Positions 21,956 to 34,630 of a stretch of 49,145 bases of DNA are shown piece by piece. The stretch's first letter is position 1, and every line of letters begins with the position of its first letter. Where the stretch lies: positions 1-49,145 of the forward strand of contig NW_021834551.1 of assembly GCF_006345805.1 (NCBI RefSeq), given 5' to 3'. The notes under the pieces were generated by a model that was not told the DNA's origin, ran no database searches, and saw only the letters and a program-made list of their open reading frames with translations. The stretch comes from Octopus sinensis (Eukaryota). The position numbers were made by a program, and so were the translations under genes.

Positions 21956-23623
21956 TTTCCAATAGAAGAATAAAGATAATCAAAAGAAAGGAGAAATGTG
22001 ATGTTATTGGCAAGCTATTCTAGTATAATTTATTTTATTGATACCTGTTGGATTAAAGTTAAAGCTGACTTGTGTGAGATTTGAACTCAGAATGCAGAGG
22101 AACAGAACTAAATAGAACAAAGCATTTAGTCTGGCACTCCATTCTGGACATAATGTTTGGAACAACTGTCCTTCAAAGTTCCGTACCTCATGGAAAAAGA
22201 AAAGTGAGGTGGGCAGGTTTCCTTCATTTTGTTTCTAATCTTTTTATGTTTCATACATTGGAAAATTTCCTCACAATTTCTGTCTTTCACATCCCACCCC
22301 TCAATTCTGTGCCCTTTTTTCCTTCCGTATCATTTAGGAAATAATTTTGATTCTGGTTCATTCTGCCAGCTTCAGTTCCATGGGGTTTATTATTTCTACC
22401 TCAGCTGGATCCAAACCTACCAATTATATTACTTGCCCACCACGCGCACAGTTTTGCATCTACATCTCTGACAGGTCTGTGGGAGGGGTACACGACCAGG
22501 TGATTAATAAGTTCACATCATAATCCTGACATGTTAGTATTGAGTTCAATCCAACTCCATCACACCTTGAGCAAGAATCTTTCAGCCTAGTTTTGGTTTG
22601 ATCTTTTTTGACATTGCCTATGTCCTTCACAGACCATCTGGATGAATGAGGTTAATGATTAAGGCCATTGATGTGCCTTGTGAACCTTCATAAACCAACA
22701 TTTGTGGGAAAGATATGAGCAGGGAAGGATTTCTTGAGAGAAACCATTTTGGGGAGGAAAAACTGAGCATAGCCATAAGTATGAGGCCTTTTAGGTAGGG
22801 CTGGATGGGTTTGGACATAAGAGGAATGATGAAAAGAGAAGAGGCAAATGGGATGGAAACTTTTGAGAGGAGGTGGTGTGAGCTCAGCTAGCTGCAAGGA
22901 GCAGAAGCCATATAGTACAGTAGAAATGACAGAGAGAGTGGACAGAGAATGTCTGGGCATCAGAGAATGGAGCACATCTACGAGTGACTTAATTTATTGC
23001 ATCCACCTGTTTTCAAAATCTCCTTCAGAGTGGTACAATTAAATGGCTTGAATGTGGATGTGGCTATTCAAAGCAACAGTAAAAACAGAAAAACTTCATG
23101 AAATATATGTAAAATATATATGAAAAATATATAAAAGAATAAGTAAAATATTAAAAAAATTGACGAAAAACATTTACAATAAAATTCTAATTGATAGATA
23201 TAAATCTTCCAGAAAATAAAAAAAAAAACAGTGATATACACAACCAAAATATGTGGATGAAGTGAATCTCGTTGTGTAAGAATCAGCAGAATGCGTGGTT
23301 AACATGATAACTAGCTGCTAATGCCTCACTGTCTGTTGATTGGCTAAAATTGATCAGATTTTCCCAACTTTAATTCCAAATAACATCAGATTCTTTAATT
23401 TATGAGATAAAGTAATTAGTTGAGCATAATCAAAATTCAGAACAGTATCAATACACCAGAATTGATAACAAGCTGAGCAAAATTAAAGGGGGCTGATTTT
23501 GTGAATGAAACTAACTAGATCGCAGACATTTAATTATTAAAGTGGAAAAATTATCAAAAACGCCATTTCTATTCAGATTTTCAAATATATAATACTGTAC
23601 CAATGGCTTTCTATTTCTTATTC

Positions 23624-23659
<36 letters not shown>

Positions 23660-23740
23660 CTGCTACATTCTGTGTATCATCAAAATATTTAAATCATCCT
23701 CTCCAAACAATAAATATGCCTTTCATTTTATTTCTTGATG

Positions 23741-23800
23741 CTGTGGAAGAACAATGTACTGAGGTTAGCGAGCCCAAATATTTAGAAATGAAACAACCAC
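23741..23800 (+). pseudogene. Pseudo-exon paralogous to 15162-15221
   Basis: Reads VEEQCTEVSEPKYLEMKQP in the same 60-nt frame, but the acceptor is TG and the donor is ATAAGT. Flanks (atcctctccaaacaataaat; caatattgttagtacacagcatgatcttagaa) match 15.1-15.3 kb. Confidence 0.65.
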
Positions 23801-24028
23801 ATAAGTACAATCAATATTGTTAGTACACAGCATGATCTTAGAACCTATTTTTAAAATAAACAGACAGCTAACTATTACGAAATATGTGTTTTAATATGCA
23901 TGTATGTATGTGTGAGTGTGTTTGAGTCTATCTCATTAGTATTTATTATGGTAGAATCATTACACAGCTATCTTAATTTAAATATTATTTATAGCCATGC
24001 TATTTGTTCTTTTTTTCATTTCTTAAAG

Positions 24029-24070
24029 GCACGGATGGTACTTACATTAACGCTTCAAATAAACCTGCTG
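24029..24070 (+). CDS. 42-nt phase-1 exon (GTDGTYINASNKPA)
   Basis: T-rich tract plus AG at 24027-24028 and GTAAGT at 24071; paralog of 15442-15483. Confidence 0.65.
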
Positions 24071-24377
24071 GTAAGTATATAAGCAATTTATTAACAAAAA
24101 ATTACATTCATTAGAGCAAGATTAGCAAATAGTTTGGCTCATTCTTTCTTTGGGTAGAATATGCAGCTTAATATATATGTATGATTGAAATTAAAACTTT
24201 GAAGATGTTAAAATTTCATTGCATATACAATAAACTTCTGCTGATGATAAATATACATATTACATATATGTGTAAAAATCTCATCACGCAATCAAACCAA
24301 TGAAAGAGCCTTTATCTGGTCGCTCAACATGCTAAAAATAGCAGCCAAAGTATCCCCCTTCCTAAATCACACGCGCA

Positions 24378-25095
24378 AATATTCTTTATTATATTCAAAA
24401 CACTGATGCAAATTTAGAAAGGATTATTGGTGGAAGATTTAATGATAGAAGCCAACAATGTGCTCATGAATTTTGGAAAGAAATTTATCTTTATTTTCAA
24501 ACGTAATTTCAACAAAAGTTTACATTCATCAAATATGACACTGCTAGATGCATTAGATTGCACCAACATACTTGCAACATCTTTGTAAATATAATTTGCA
24601 ACTGCAATACAGTTGTTTGTGGTAGACAATCACAACTACCTATTGATTTAAAAGAAGAACTGTTTCTGCAACCAATTAATGGTCCTCGACAATTTAAATT
24701 TTTGATTACTAAAATCACAACATATTCACTTACAAAATATTGTGAAACATGTTTACTCAATACTGAACATGAAATTACTTCCAGAATTGAATTTCCTCCT
24801 GAATTTAAATATCTTGTTATTCAAATTAATAGATTTTAATTAATCAAAATTTTAATATGGAAGAAACAAATGTGATATAATGAACTTCAAATCAAAAAGG
24901 CAGCAAATATTTGGCACAAATTTTCCTCTAAGAGCTGTTGTTATTCATAGAGGACCAACATCTAGAGCAGGCCACACTGATTAAAACTAGAGATGATATT
25001 TGGATGGGAAATCAATGACAACATCATTACAAAAAGACAAACTAAATTTCCTCCCAAATTGCCTGACATTGTTTTATTATTCATGGAAAAAAAGG
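24378..25095 (+). pseudogene. Intronless decayed USP/peptidase C19 (deubiquitinase) catalytic domain lacking the Cys box
   Basis: GRFNDRSQQCAHEFW (QQDAHEF box), YCETC...IEFPPEFKYLVIQINRF, PLRAVVIHRGPTSRAGH (His box), WM-EINDNII after a frameshift (Asp box) and VLLFMEK, all in the correct order. In-frame stops are present. Confidence 0.75.
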
Positions 25096-25593
25096 CAAAC
25101 AAATTAAAAAACAAAATTCAGTGGAATTGTAACTAAAAATTAAATTTAAGAAGAAGATTGTATGATTGATTAATGATTATTTAGGAACCAAATTCATAAA
25201 TAGAAAAAAGTAACAAGAACATTTTCTTAAATTTGGAAATTAAAAATAGTTTTTTTGGTTTATAAAATGGTTTTAATTTATGAAAAACCAAATATTTACA
25301 TAAAATTGACAGTACAATAGTAGTCATTTTTTATTGCAAAATTAGGTTACATATGGTGAGCCTGGTAACTGATGGTTTTGGGGTCTTGTTGTTTGTAACA
25401 TTTGGTGAACCATTGTGCAACCAACAACATAGTAAAAATCCCAGCCATTAATTCAATCAAAACATATATTTAAATTAAACATGGAAAAATTGAAATATTA
25501 TCTTTGAGTATTTTATAAGGTAAAATCTTAAATTATTGACTGACACATTATTAATTAACTTATAACATCAATGCCTGGAAAAATCATGGATTA

Positions 25594-26116
25594 CGTGGAA
25601 AAATGCGAGCATAAAAAGTAATATTCTTAAGATTATAAACCTGGAAAAGTACAGGACAAGTTATTACACATTTAAAAGTATAGGACAAACTATTACTTCA
25701 AGTAAAGTAAAGAATAAGAAACTTTTTACTTAAAACATTGCCACTAAAATTAAAATTTGAGTATTAAAAATCATTTTATTATAGTTTACAAATAGTTTAC
25801 AAATAACACTATACTTATTTAAATAGAATTTGGCTAATTTACTACATTAAATACAGAAAAAAGTGACTAATTAGACAAACTTACAAATTAGATGAACAGT
25901 TTGTACAATAAATTTAAAAGATGAGAACTGTGAAGAATGATAAATTAGAAGAAATGGCATTCTTTGCTGCAATATTTTAAGTAAAAAGTTTCTTATTCTT
26001 TACTTTACTTGAAGTAATAGTTTGTCCTGTACTTTTACAGGTGTAATAACTTGTCTTGTACTTTCCCAGGTTTATAATCTTAAGAATATTACTTTTCATG
26101 CTCACATTTTTCCATG
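25594..26116. mobile_element. MITE / non-autonomous Tc1-mariner-type element with ~150-bp TIRs
   Basis: 25594-25741 is the reverse complement of about 25969-26116 with few mismatches; TA at 25592-25593 and 26117-26118. Confidence 0.8.
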
Positions 26117-26120
26117 TAAT

Positions 26121-26162
<42 letters not shown>

Positions 26163-26229
26163 CTAGCCAATTCAAATAAACAGAAAAAAAAAGAAAACAC
26201 AAACATGTTATCCTCTAGTTTTATGTACT

Positions 26230-26860
26230 CATGCATTGGTTTTGCTAGTATGATGCCTACTTCACCTCCAAGCTTCTGTTTAGATAGTCAGTCCAATCTT
26301 TGGGTTGCATGAGACAGTAATATTTTCAGAGTAGCTGCACAGTTTCTCTCCAGCACTGAAGATTCTTTAACTTTTGAGTATGCATAGAGTGTATTCATTT
26401 CTTTCTTTACCGTTCAGCAGATGTTGTCTGTGACATTCAAAGGCTGTTTGTACTGACCTTATCCGTCTACCAACATTCTTTGTCCCACATAGATCCTATG
26501 TGAATCACTGCTACTGAGGAAGTTAACAGTGATGGTCAGTACCTTTCTAGTTTTGATGTCCAGGTTGCAGATCTTGTAAAGTCTCCGGTTCAGTACCTCA
26601 AATGTTAGTATTAACTCTATCACTGTATAGGCATGGTGAGATATGATCTTGCTAAATGCAGACAGCTCTGAGTTCCATATTTCCTGAAACCTGCCGAAGT
26701 ACTCTTTTGTTATTCCGTATGCAATGTGTGCAACATTCTCATGGATTCCAGGATGCTTGCAGTTTTCAACATTAGAGTTAGGGGAGATAGAATGTACATG
26801 TTCACTGTTTGGCTGACATGAGGGCATGTATCTTCTATGTGTAAAGATCATATGATGTAT
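26230..26860 (-). mobile_element. Decayed non-LTR RT C-terminus, R4/Dong-like
   Basis: KEYFGRFQEIWNSELS...LDIKTRKVLT...SDSHRIYV resembles the R4/Dong motif LDxKTRKxLT...SDxxRLYxxRxxGGRGL. Confidence 0.6.
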
Positions 26861-26934
26861 ATATTTACTGTTCCTGTTCAGAGGAAAACCTATCCTGGTT
26901 AAATCGACAGAATGTGTGGGTCCTCTTTGAAATG

Positions 26935-27165
26935 TCAGAGTGAAGAATATTGGTTATGCATGCTGGGAGAGAAGCCTCCATCCCTAATGTTTAAGACATT
27001 TTTTGATTGGATGAAGTTTAGCTTTTCAGTAATGCGAAGTGTACATTTGGTGCCCTTAACCCTGTATTTTTTGGCTTTGGTAATAATGTTCCATATTATC
27101 TTGGGAGGGGGTTGCTTACTCCTCCATCTTTCAATGTCCATATCATATTGGATAGGAATGTTGAT
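26935..27165 (-). mobile_element. PLE GIY-YIG C-terminal fragment
   Basis: IIWNIITKAKKYRVKGTKCTLRITEKL...LNIRD...SMH is homologous to the 8671..8853 peptide. Confidence 0.75.
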
Positions 27166-27175
27166 ATATATATAT

Positions 27176-27600
27176 ATGAGGTGGTATCAAAGGTTCTTGG
27201 ACTAGTTATGTTTAAACTGTTCAGAGTACAGGCTGGCATTAGTGGTTTGGTATCTAGAGCAACTTGTGAATTGTCCCTTCATAATTCCACCAGATGCAGG
27301 GCATCACCTTGAGTTTGAAGCTATCCCTTGCTGAACAACTGCTTATGCATGTTAGGATTGCAAAAAAATATCTCTCTAAGATTATTACTTTTTCTGTTTC
27401 ATCGCTCACTTCTTACACTCACAATGCTTCATCAATCAAGAGGTGGTAGAAGCATCTGTGAAGGTGTTCTTTGACTTGAAGGACAAGAACTGGTATCAGC
27501 GTGGTGTCGAAGAACTGGCAGGAAGGTGACTTCAAATAGTGAAACATGGTGGCTGCTACTTTGAATGCTCTGTTGCTTTTGCTGTAACTTGATGGATAAT
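27176..27600 (+). mobile_element. Internally deleted mariner-like element
   Basis: Start gaggtggtatcaaaggttc; C-terminal peptide VFFDLKDKNWYQRGVEELAGR*LQIVKHGGCYFE. Confidence 0.6.
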
Positions 27601-27695
27601 GCAAGTAGATTACTAAAATTTTGTGAAAGGTTTAACTCTGCACAATAATATGGCCACTACCAGTAGCAATATATCAGCTCCTTAATGACCACTGT

Positions 27696-27955
27696 GGAGG
27701 TGCGTAGCTTAGTGGTTAAGGTGTCAGCACTGTGATCGTAAGATTGTGGTTTTGATTCCTGGACCAGGTTACATGTTGTGTTCTTGAGCAAAACACTTCA
27801 TTTCACGTTGCTCCAGTCCACTCAGCTGGCAAAAATGAGTAACGCTGCAATGGACTGGTGTCCCATTCAGCTGGGAAACACACACACCATAGAAACCAGG
27901 AAACCGGCCCATGAGCCTTTCTAGGCTTTAAAAGGGCTCATTTATTATTTATTAT
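27696..27955 (+). mobile_element. tRNA-derived SINE with a CORE/Meta-like body
   Basis: A-box-like tagcttagtggtt, B-box-like gttttgattcc, body ttcttgagcaaaacactt...ccagtccactcagctg...aaatgagta and an (ATT)n-like tail. Confidence 0.7.
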
Positions 27956-28680
27956 TAATGACCACTACTAACCAACAGCCATAATAGTCTGAACAATATA
28001 AGTAACCTCCATCTAAAATAAAACTCAACCATAATTTAGTACCCTAGTATATTTTATATCTTGAAAAAAAAATGTTTTCTTTGTCTTAGCTCAAAAAACA
28101 ATGCCTTGAGAGTAAACAGCATAAACAATGCAATTAACAATAACAGTCTAATCCCACCACAATCAACAATACCCCGACTGTTATAACGAAAACCATCATC
28201 ACCCCCTCCAATACCAATACACCTGACGTCACTACCAGTACCATTCATGATATTTGAATAACTAACTGACAGTAGCAGTCATAGAATCAGATTGATAGCG
28301 ATTTCAGTACAATCAGTGTCTGCGTGATTAGAGTGTGATTAGACCCATGTCAATGGTGCAAGTGGTAACCTTTCAATTAATAACCATACAACATTTCCTC
28401 CATCTCTCTTCTTTCTCTTTCCATCTCATTTCCTTTCTTACATCCATAGGAATAAGACAAATTTGTGCTCTCATGAAAAAGTTATTTCTCAGTGCTGTTT
28501 TTTTTTACTACATGTTTGCGGTTGATTGCTGCCACTGCTGGATTTTCCTACTATTCAAAATGTCTGAAAAGAATTCATAAATTGGAGCTGAAGGTAGGTG
28601 TGCAAAAAGTAACTGAAAAGGATTACACTGGATTACGTTTTTACAGGAGGAAAAAAAATTAAGCGCATTACCAAAATATT

Positions 28681-28892
28681 GGTTTCAAATTTTGACACAA
28701 GGCCAGCAATTTCAGGGGAGTGGTTAAGTTGATTACATCAACACCAATGCTCAAATGGTACTTATTTTAGCGATCCTGAAAGAACAAAAGGCATAGTGGA
28801 CCTCAGAGGAATTTGAACTCAGATGGTAAAAATAGACAAAATGCTACTAAGCATTTTGCCTGGTGTACTAACAATTGTGCTAGCTTGCCACC
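28681..28892 (-). mobile_element. Full-length tRNA-derived SINE
   Basis: Reverse complement ggtggcaagctagcacaattgttag...ctgagttcaaattcc (B box)...aataagtacc...ggccttgtgtc. Confidence 0.75.
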
Positions 28893-29019
28893 TTACATTA
28901 CCAAAATATTAAGATGTGTAACGTTTTCAATGAGAGCAATGTGACAATAGCATGAAAATTAAGTCAAGTGCTAAAAATGTTACTTGGTTAATATCTTGTA
29001 TCGTATTTTTTCATAGGTC

Positions 29020-29330
29020 TAATGTATGCTTAAAATGGATCAGCTCTCTAGTCATAAGCATGATGATAATTAAAAAAAGCCAAAAGTTTGTATGAGGATT
29101 TGAGGAAAATGGAGAGCAAACTTGTAATAAAAAACATTTTATGTTCAGTAAAGACTGGTTTGAAAAGTTTATAAAGTGTTTGAATTTTCATAGCATAAAA
29201 TGATTGGTGAAGCTGCAAGTGTTGATGTGAGGCTGATGTGAGGTTGGAGAAAAATTTCTGCTAAAGGGGGCTACACATCAGTGAAAATATGCAATGTTGA
29301 TGAAACTACACTTTTTTGCCTGTTAGAACT
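29020..29330 (+). pseudogene. Tigger/pogo-like transposase remnant
   Basis: KKAKSLYEDL, FSKDWFEKF, GEAASVD and GGYTS..I.NVDETTLF across frameshifts. Confidence 0.7.
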
Positions 29331-29832
29331 TTTCAGAAAGAAAGATCAATACCAAGATTTTAAGCTTTCAAAAATCACCTTTGAGTTCTTCAAGGATCAA
29401 GGTGTGGTAAATAACTTCAAGGTATGTTATCTGAGAACTTTCAAACGACACTCATGAAAGCAACTGGCAGTGGGGAAAAGCTACAGTTAGTGACTTCAGG
29501 CTCATGGGCATGTTCGCCCTTGCACCTCTGACATGATTCATAAAATGTTCACACTCTTCTTCTTCTCCCCACTCCCTTTCTCTCTCCCCCTCCCTCTCAT
29601 ACACACATGGTTCTGTTGACATAGAATGTATGTAGCTACAGATATTATTACAATGCTGGCACTTATTTTTGTCAGTTGGTTATTCAAAAGTTGATAGGTA
29701 GCTGGTGTTGATTGTATTGATAGTTGAGTATTGTTGATGGTGGTGATATTGCTTTTATTAAATGTATAATTGCTTAACCTCAAAATAATTCTTGGTAACC
29801 TAAGATCAAGACATTTCATTCAACATTCAAAA

Positions 29833-30067
29833 TACTCTCTTTACTCTTTTACTCTTTTACTTGTTTCAGTCATTTGACTGCGGCCATGCTGGAGCACCGC
29901 CTTTAGTCGAGCAAATCGACCCCGGGACTTATTCTTTGTAAGCCCAGTACTTATTCTATCGGTCTCTATTGCCGAAACGCTAAGTGACGGGGACGTAAAC
30001 ACACCAGCATCAGTTGTCAAGCAATGCTAGGGGGACAAACAGAGACACACAAACATATACACACACA

Positions 30068-30115
<48 letters not shown>

Positions 30116-30280
30116 TACGACAGGCTTCTTTCAGTTTCCGTCTACCAATCCACTCACAAGGCATTGGTCGACCCGGGGCTATAGCAGAAGACACTTGCCC
30201 AAGATGCCACGCAGTGGGACTGAACCCGGAACCATGTGGTTGGTTAGCAAGCTACTTACCACACAGCCACTCCTGCGCCT
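29833..30280 (-). mobile_element. Full-length tRNA/CORE-like SINE with an internal (TA)n/(TG)n microsatellite
   Basis: Reverse complement: aggcgcaggagtggctgtgtggtaag...gggttcagtccc...ggcatcttgggcaagtgtc...gaagcctgtcg (TA)n ...gactgaaacaag(taaaagag)n. Confidence 0.9.
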
Positions 30281-30899
30281 ATCTCATTATCTCATATGAT
30301 TGTTTTTTGTTTTAGATGGAATTATTTGTCTTGTCCATGCTACTGTTGCTGTTGACAGTGGTCATTGAAGAGCTGGTGCGTTGGCATTGTCCGTGCTTTT
30401 ATTGGTTTTGGTGTTGAAGCTGGTTATGTTTGTGCTGATGGTGATGAAACTCCTTATATATATATATATATATATGCATATAAATTGAGGTAGGTAGGCA
30501 AGTGTCCATTGTGACCCAAGGAAATACACACACACACACAAACATTCAGTTTAAAATTCTACTTCACATCTTCAAGTATTGATAGCAACACATACACAAC
30601 CACTTGAATATACATACTCACATATATATTCTAGATTTGCATGTATTATAGATTTTCAGATTGTTATCTCTTTTGCATTGAGACAAATTGTCAAGATAGA
30701 GCCTTTTGGGTAAAAAGGAAGTCTAATTTTTGGATACTTAAAATTTACCTGAGCTTTCAAAAGAGCAAAATTACACTCAGTTCTGAAATTAGTGGTTATG
30801 CTTTACTGCACATATGAAATATTATAACTTGAGTAAGTGCTATTGTGGGTTGTACCTCCCTATATATATTCATACATATATTCTTTTATATATATAGCT

Positions 30900-31242
30900 A
30901 CTGGCATGGTTGTGTGGTTAATAATGGTGTTTCCTCCTAATTTATGGGTTTTAGTCCTCTCCCACTGCATGGCATTTTGGGCAAGTGACTCCCATTATAA
31001 CCTTGGGTCAAACAAAGCCAAGTCTTTCAAGTGAATTTAGTGTGGACATATGTTTTTTTTATAATTAAGCCCTTAAATACCAAGGATATATTATATGACG
31101 TTTATACATCAACTCTGTACAAAGATGTATACACATGTATGAACTGTGCAGCACTTTGCATATGTATCTTCCATTGTAATCCTGGATCAACCGATAATTA
31201 GTGAATAAATTTGATTGACGAAAACTGGCTGGAATCCTATTG

Positions 31243-31281
<39 letters not shown>

Positions 31282-31468
31282 TGTGTGTGTCTGTGTGTGT
31301 GTGTTCATGTTTATGTTTGTCCGTCCTCACACTGCTTGATCACCAGAGTTGGTTTGCCTACATTCTCAGTTTGGTAAAAAAAGATTGCTAGAACAAGTAT
31401 CTGACTTGACCCCTCAAAATGGTGCCTTATCATGGCTCCAGTTCAATGACTGTGACAAGTAAAAAGTT
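30900..31468 (+). mobile_element. Decayed copy of the same SINE with an internal insertion
   Basis: Head ggttgtgtggtt...cccactgcatggcattttgggcaagtg, internal (TG)n and tail catggctccagttcaatgactgtgacaagtaaaaag. Confidence 0.55.
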
Positions 31469-31469
31469 T

Positions 31470-31571
<102 letters not shown>

Positions 31572-31591
31572 TGTTATATATATATAATATA

Positions 31592-31659
<68 letters not shown>

Positions 31660-31668
31660 GTATATATG

Positions 31669-31701
<33 letters not shown>

Positions 31702-31718
31702 GTATATATATATTTATG

Positions 31719-32810
<1,092 letters not shown>

Positions 32811-32851
32811 CATATATATATACATATATATACATATATATATATATATAC

Positions 32852-32906
<55 letters not shown>

Positions 32907-32907
32907 C

Positions 32908-33007
<100 letters not shown>

Positions 33008-33187
33008 CATATATATATATACATATATTATATACATATATATATATACATATATATATATACATATAGAAATTCGGGGTGAGTACTTGATAATTATAAG
33101 CACCTGTGTATACCGTTTGGTGGTGTAGGTGGTGGAGTAAATTGATCAAAATAAAAATAAAAATAAAAACATGAGGCGAAGGACTCA

Positions 33188-33265
33188 GCGGTACATATGT
33201 TTCGGGCCTTTATTAGACAGATTCATAACAAATCATAATGTATGTCTGTGGCCTTCTTCAGCCGC
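33188..33265 (-). ncRNA. Type-I hammerhead ribozyme motif (mirror copy)
   Basis: Reverse complement of 33484-33561. Confidence 0.75.
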
Positions 33266-33483
33266 GCACAACAGCTTCCACAAGGACATGTGTTACTTCC
33301 GAAATTCTTGGTTGGGGATGCAAATCTTCTCGTTCCCGTACGACATAATGCGGCAGCAGCATCGAATTGAATCGTCAATTGAATCGATGCTGCTGCCGCA
33401 TTATGTCGTACGGGAAAGAGAAGATTTGCATCCCCAACCAAGAATTTCGGAAGTAACACATGTCCTTGTGGAAGCTGTTGTGC

Positions 33484-33561
33484 GCGGCTGAAGAAGGCCA
33501 CAGACATACATTATGATTTGTTATGAATCTGTCTAATAAAGGCCCGAAACATATGTACCGC
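33484..33561 (+). ncRNA. Type-I hammerhead ribozyme motif
   Basis: GCGG-CTGAAGA-A-GGCC[41-nt loop]GGCC-C-GAAA-CATATGT-A-CCGC. Stem I is GCGG/CCGC, stem III is the palindrome ACATATGT, and the predicted GUA cut is after 33557. Confidence 0.75.
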
Positions 33562-33630
33562 TGAGTCCTTCGCCTCATGTTTTTATTTTTATTTTTATTT
33601 TGATCAATATATATACATATATATATATAC

Positions 33631-33685
<55 letters not shown>

Positions 33686-33690
33686 CATAT

Positions 33691-33758
<68 letters not shown>

Positions 33759-33759
33759 A

Positions 33760-33832
<73 letters not shown>

Positions 33833-33839
33833 ACATTTC

Positions 33840-34612
33840 AGAATGGTCATATTGCCAGTTTAGCCAATAAAAACACACGCACTATATATTTGGTGTTATT
33901 TTGCTTCAGTGATATTTATTTTTTACATTAATCTTAATCTTATTTCGGCCAAAGTTCTTTCGTCACACTCCTGTGACCGCATCAGTGGTCCTTTGTTTTC
34001 TTCTCACTTACTTCTGTCTCTCCTTACTAACAGTCAGCCATTTTGTATTTCTATTGTATGTCTTCATTTGTGCATGCTTATATCTCTATGTGCGTCTACG
34101 TTTATTTAGTGTGTGTGTGGGGGGATGCCTGTAATATTTGTATCTTCTGGTTATATACATTCTTGTAATTTGTATTTTGTTTTTGTTGTTGTTGCTTTTG
34201 TTCTAATTTTGTTCATGTGTTTACATCCACCCATTATTATCATTACATATGCTTGTATGTATGTATAACAACAATATTAGTAATAATAATAATAAATCTA
34301 ATCGAAAAAAAAAAAAAAGAATATACATACATATATATATATACATACATATACATATACACATACATATATATACATATATACACACATATATACACAT
34401 ATAGATATTCATTTCTATTTCTTTAATTACCTGTGTATTTATTATGTTTGCAGGATCCACTATTGTCATATGTTGTGGTGTGCGCTATTGCTCCATTCTA
34501 GTTTTCTATTCAGGCTAGGTTTATTTTCTATTATATGTGTAGCTTCTGTAATTTGTCTAATTGTTGCATCTGTTCTATGTGTGGACAATATCTTAATCTG
34601 CACAACAAATAT
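33840..34612 (-). mobile_element. PLE 3' fragment: GIY-YIG C-terminus and 3' UTR with a hammerhead-like motif
   Basis: 34612-34466 translates IFVVQIKILSTHRTDATIRQITEATHIIENKPSLNRKLEWSNSAHHNI* (R..I.EA..I...P.LNR..EW). Confidence 0.75.
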
Positions 34613-34630
34613 TTAAACGTATATATATAT

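Larger units (their letters stand above)
33141..33608. repeat. 468-bp near-perfect palindrome (225-bp arms, 18-nt spacer) of a PLE-like terminus
   Basis: 33141-33365 pairs with 33384-33608, with one mismatch seen. Spacer is attgaatcgtcaattgaa. Confidence 0.95.

Noticed and set aside
27696-27775. tRNA gene
   Set aside because: A/B boxes are present, but it continues into a SINE body and has no complete cloverleaf. The same applies to the other SINE heads.
28420-28600. Pyrimidine tract plus AG at about 28448 and GTAGGT at about 28594 as an exon
   Set aside because: There is no recognisable peptide and no supporting homology.
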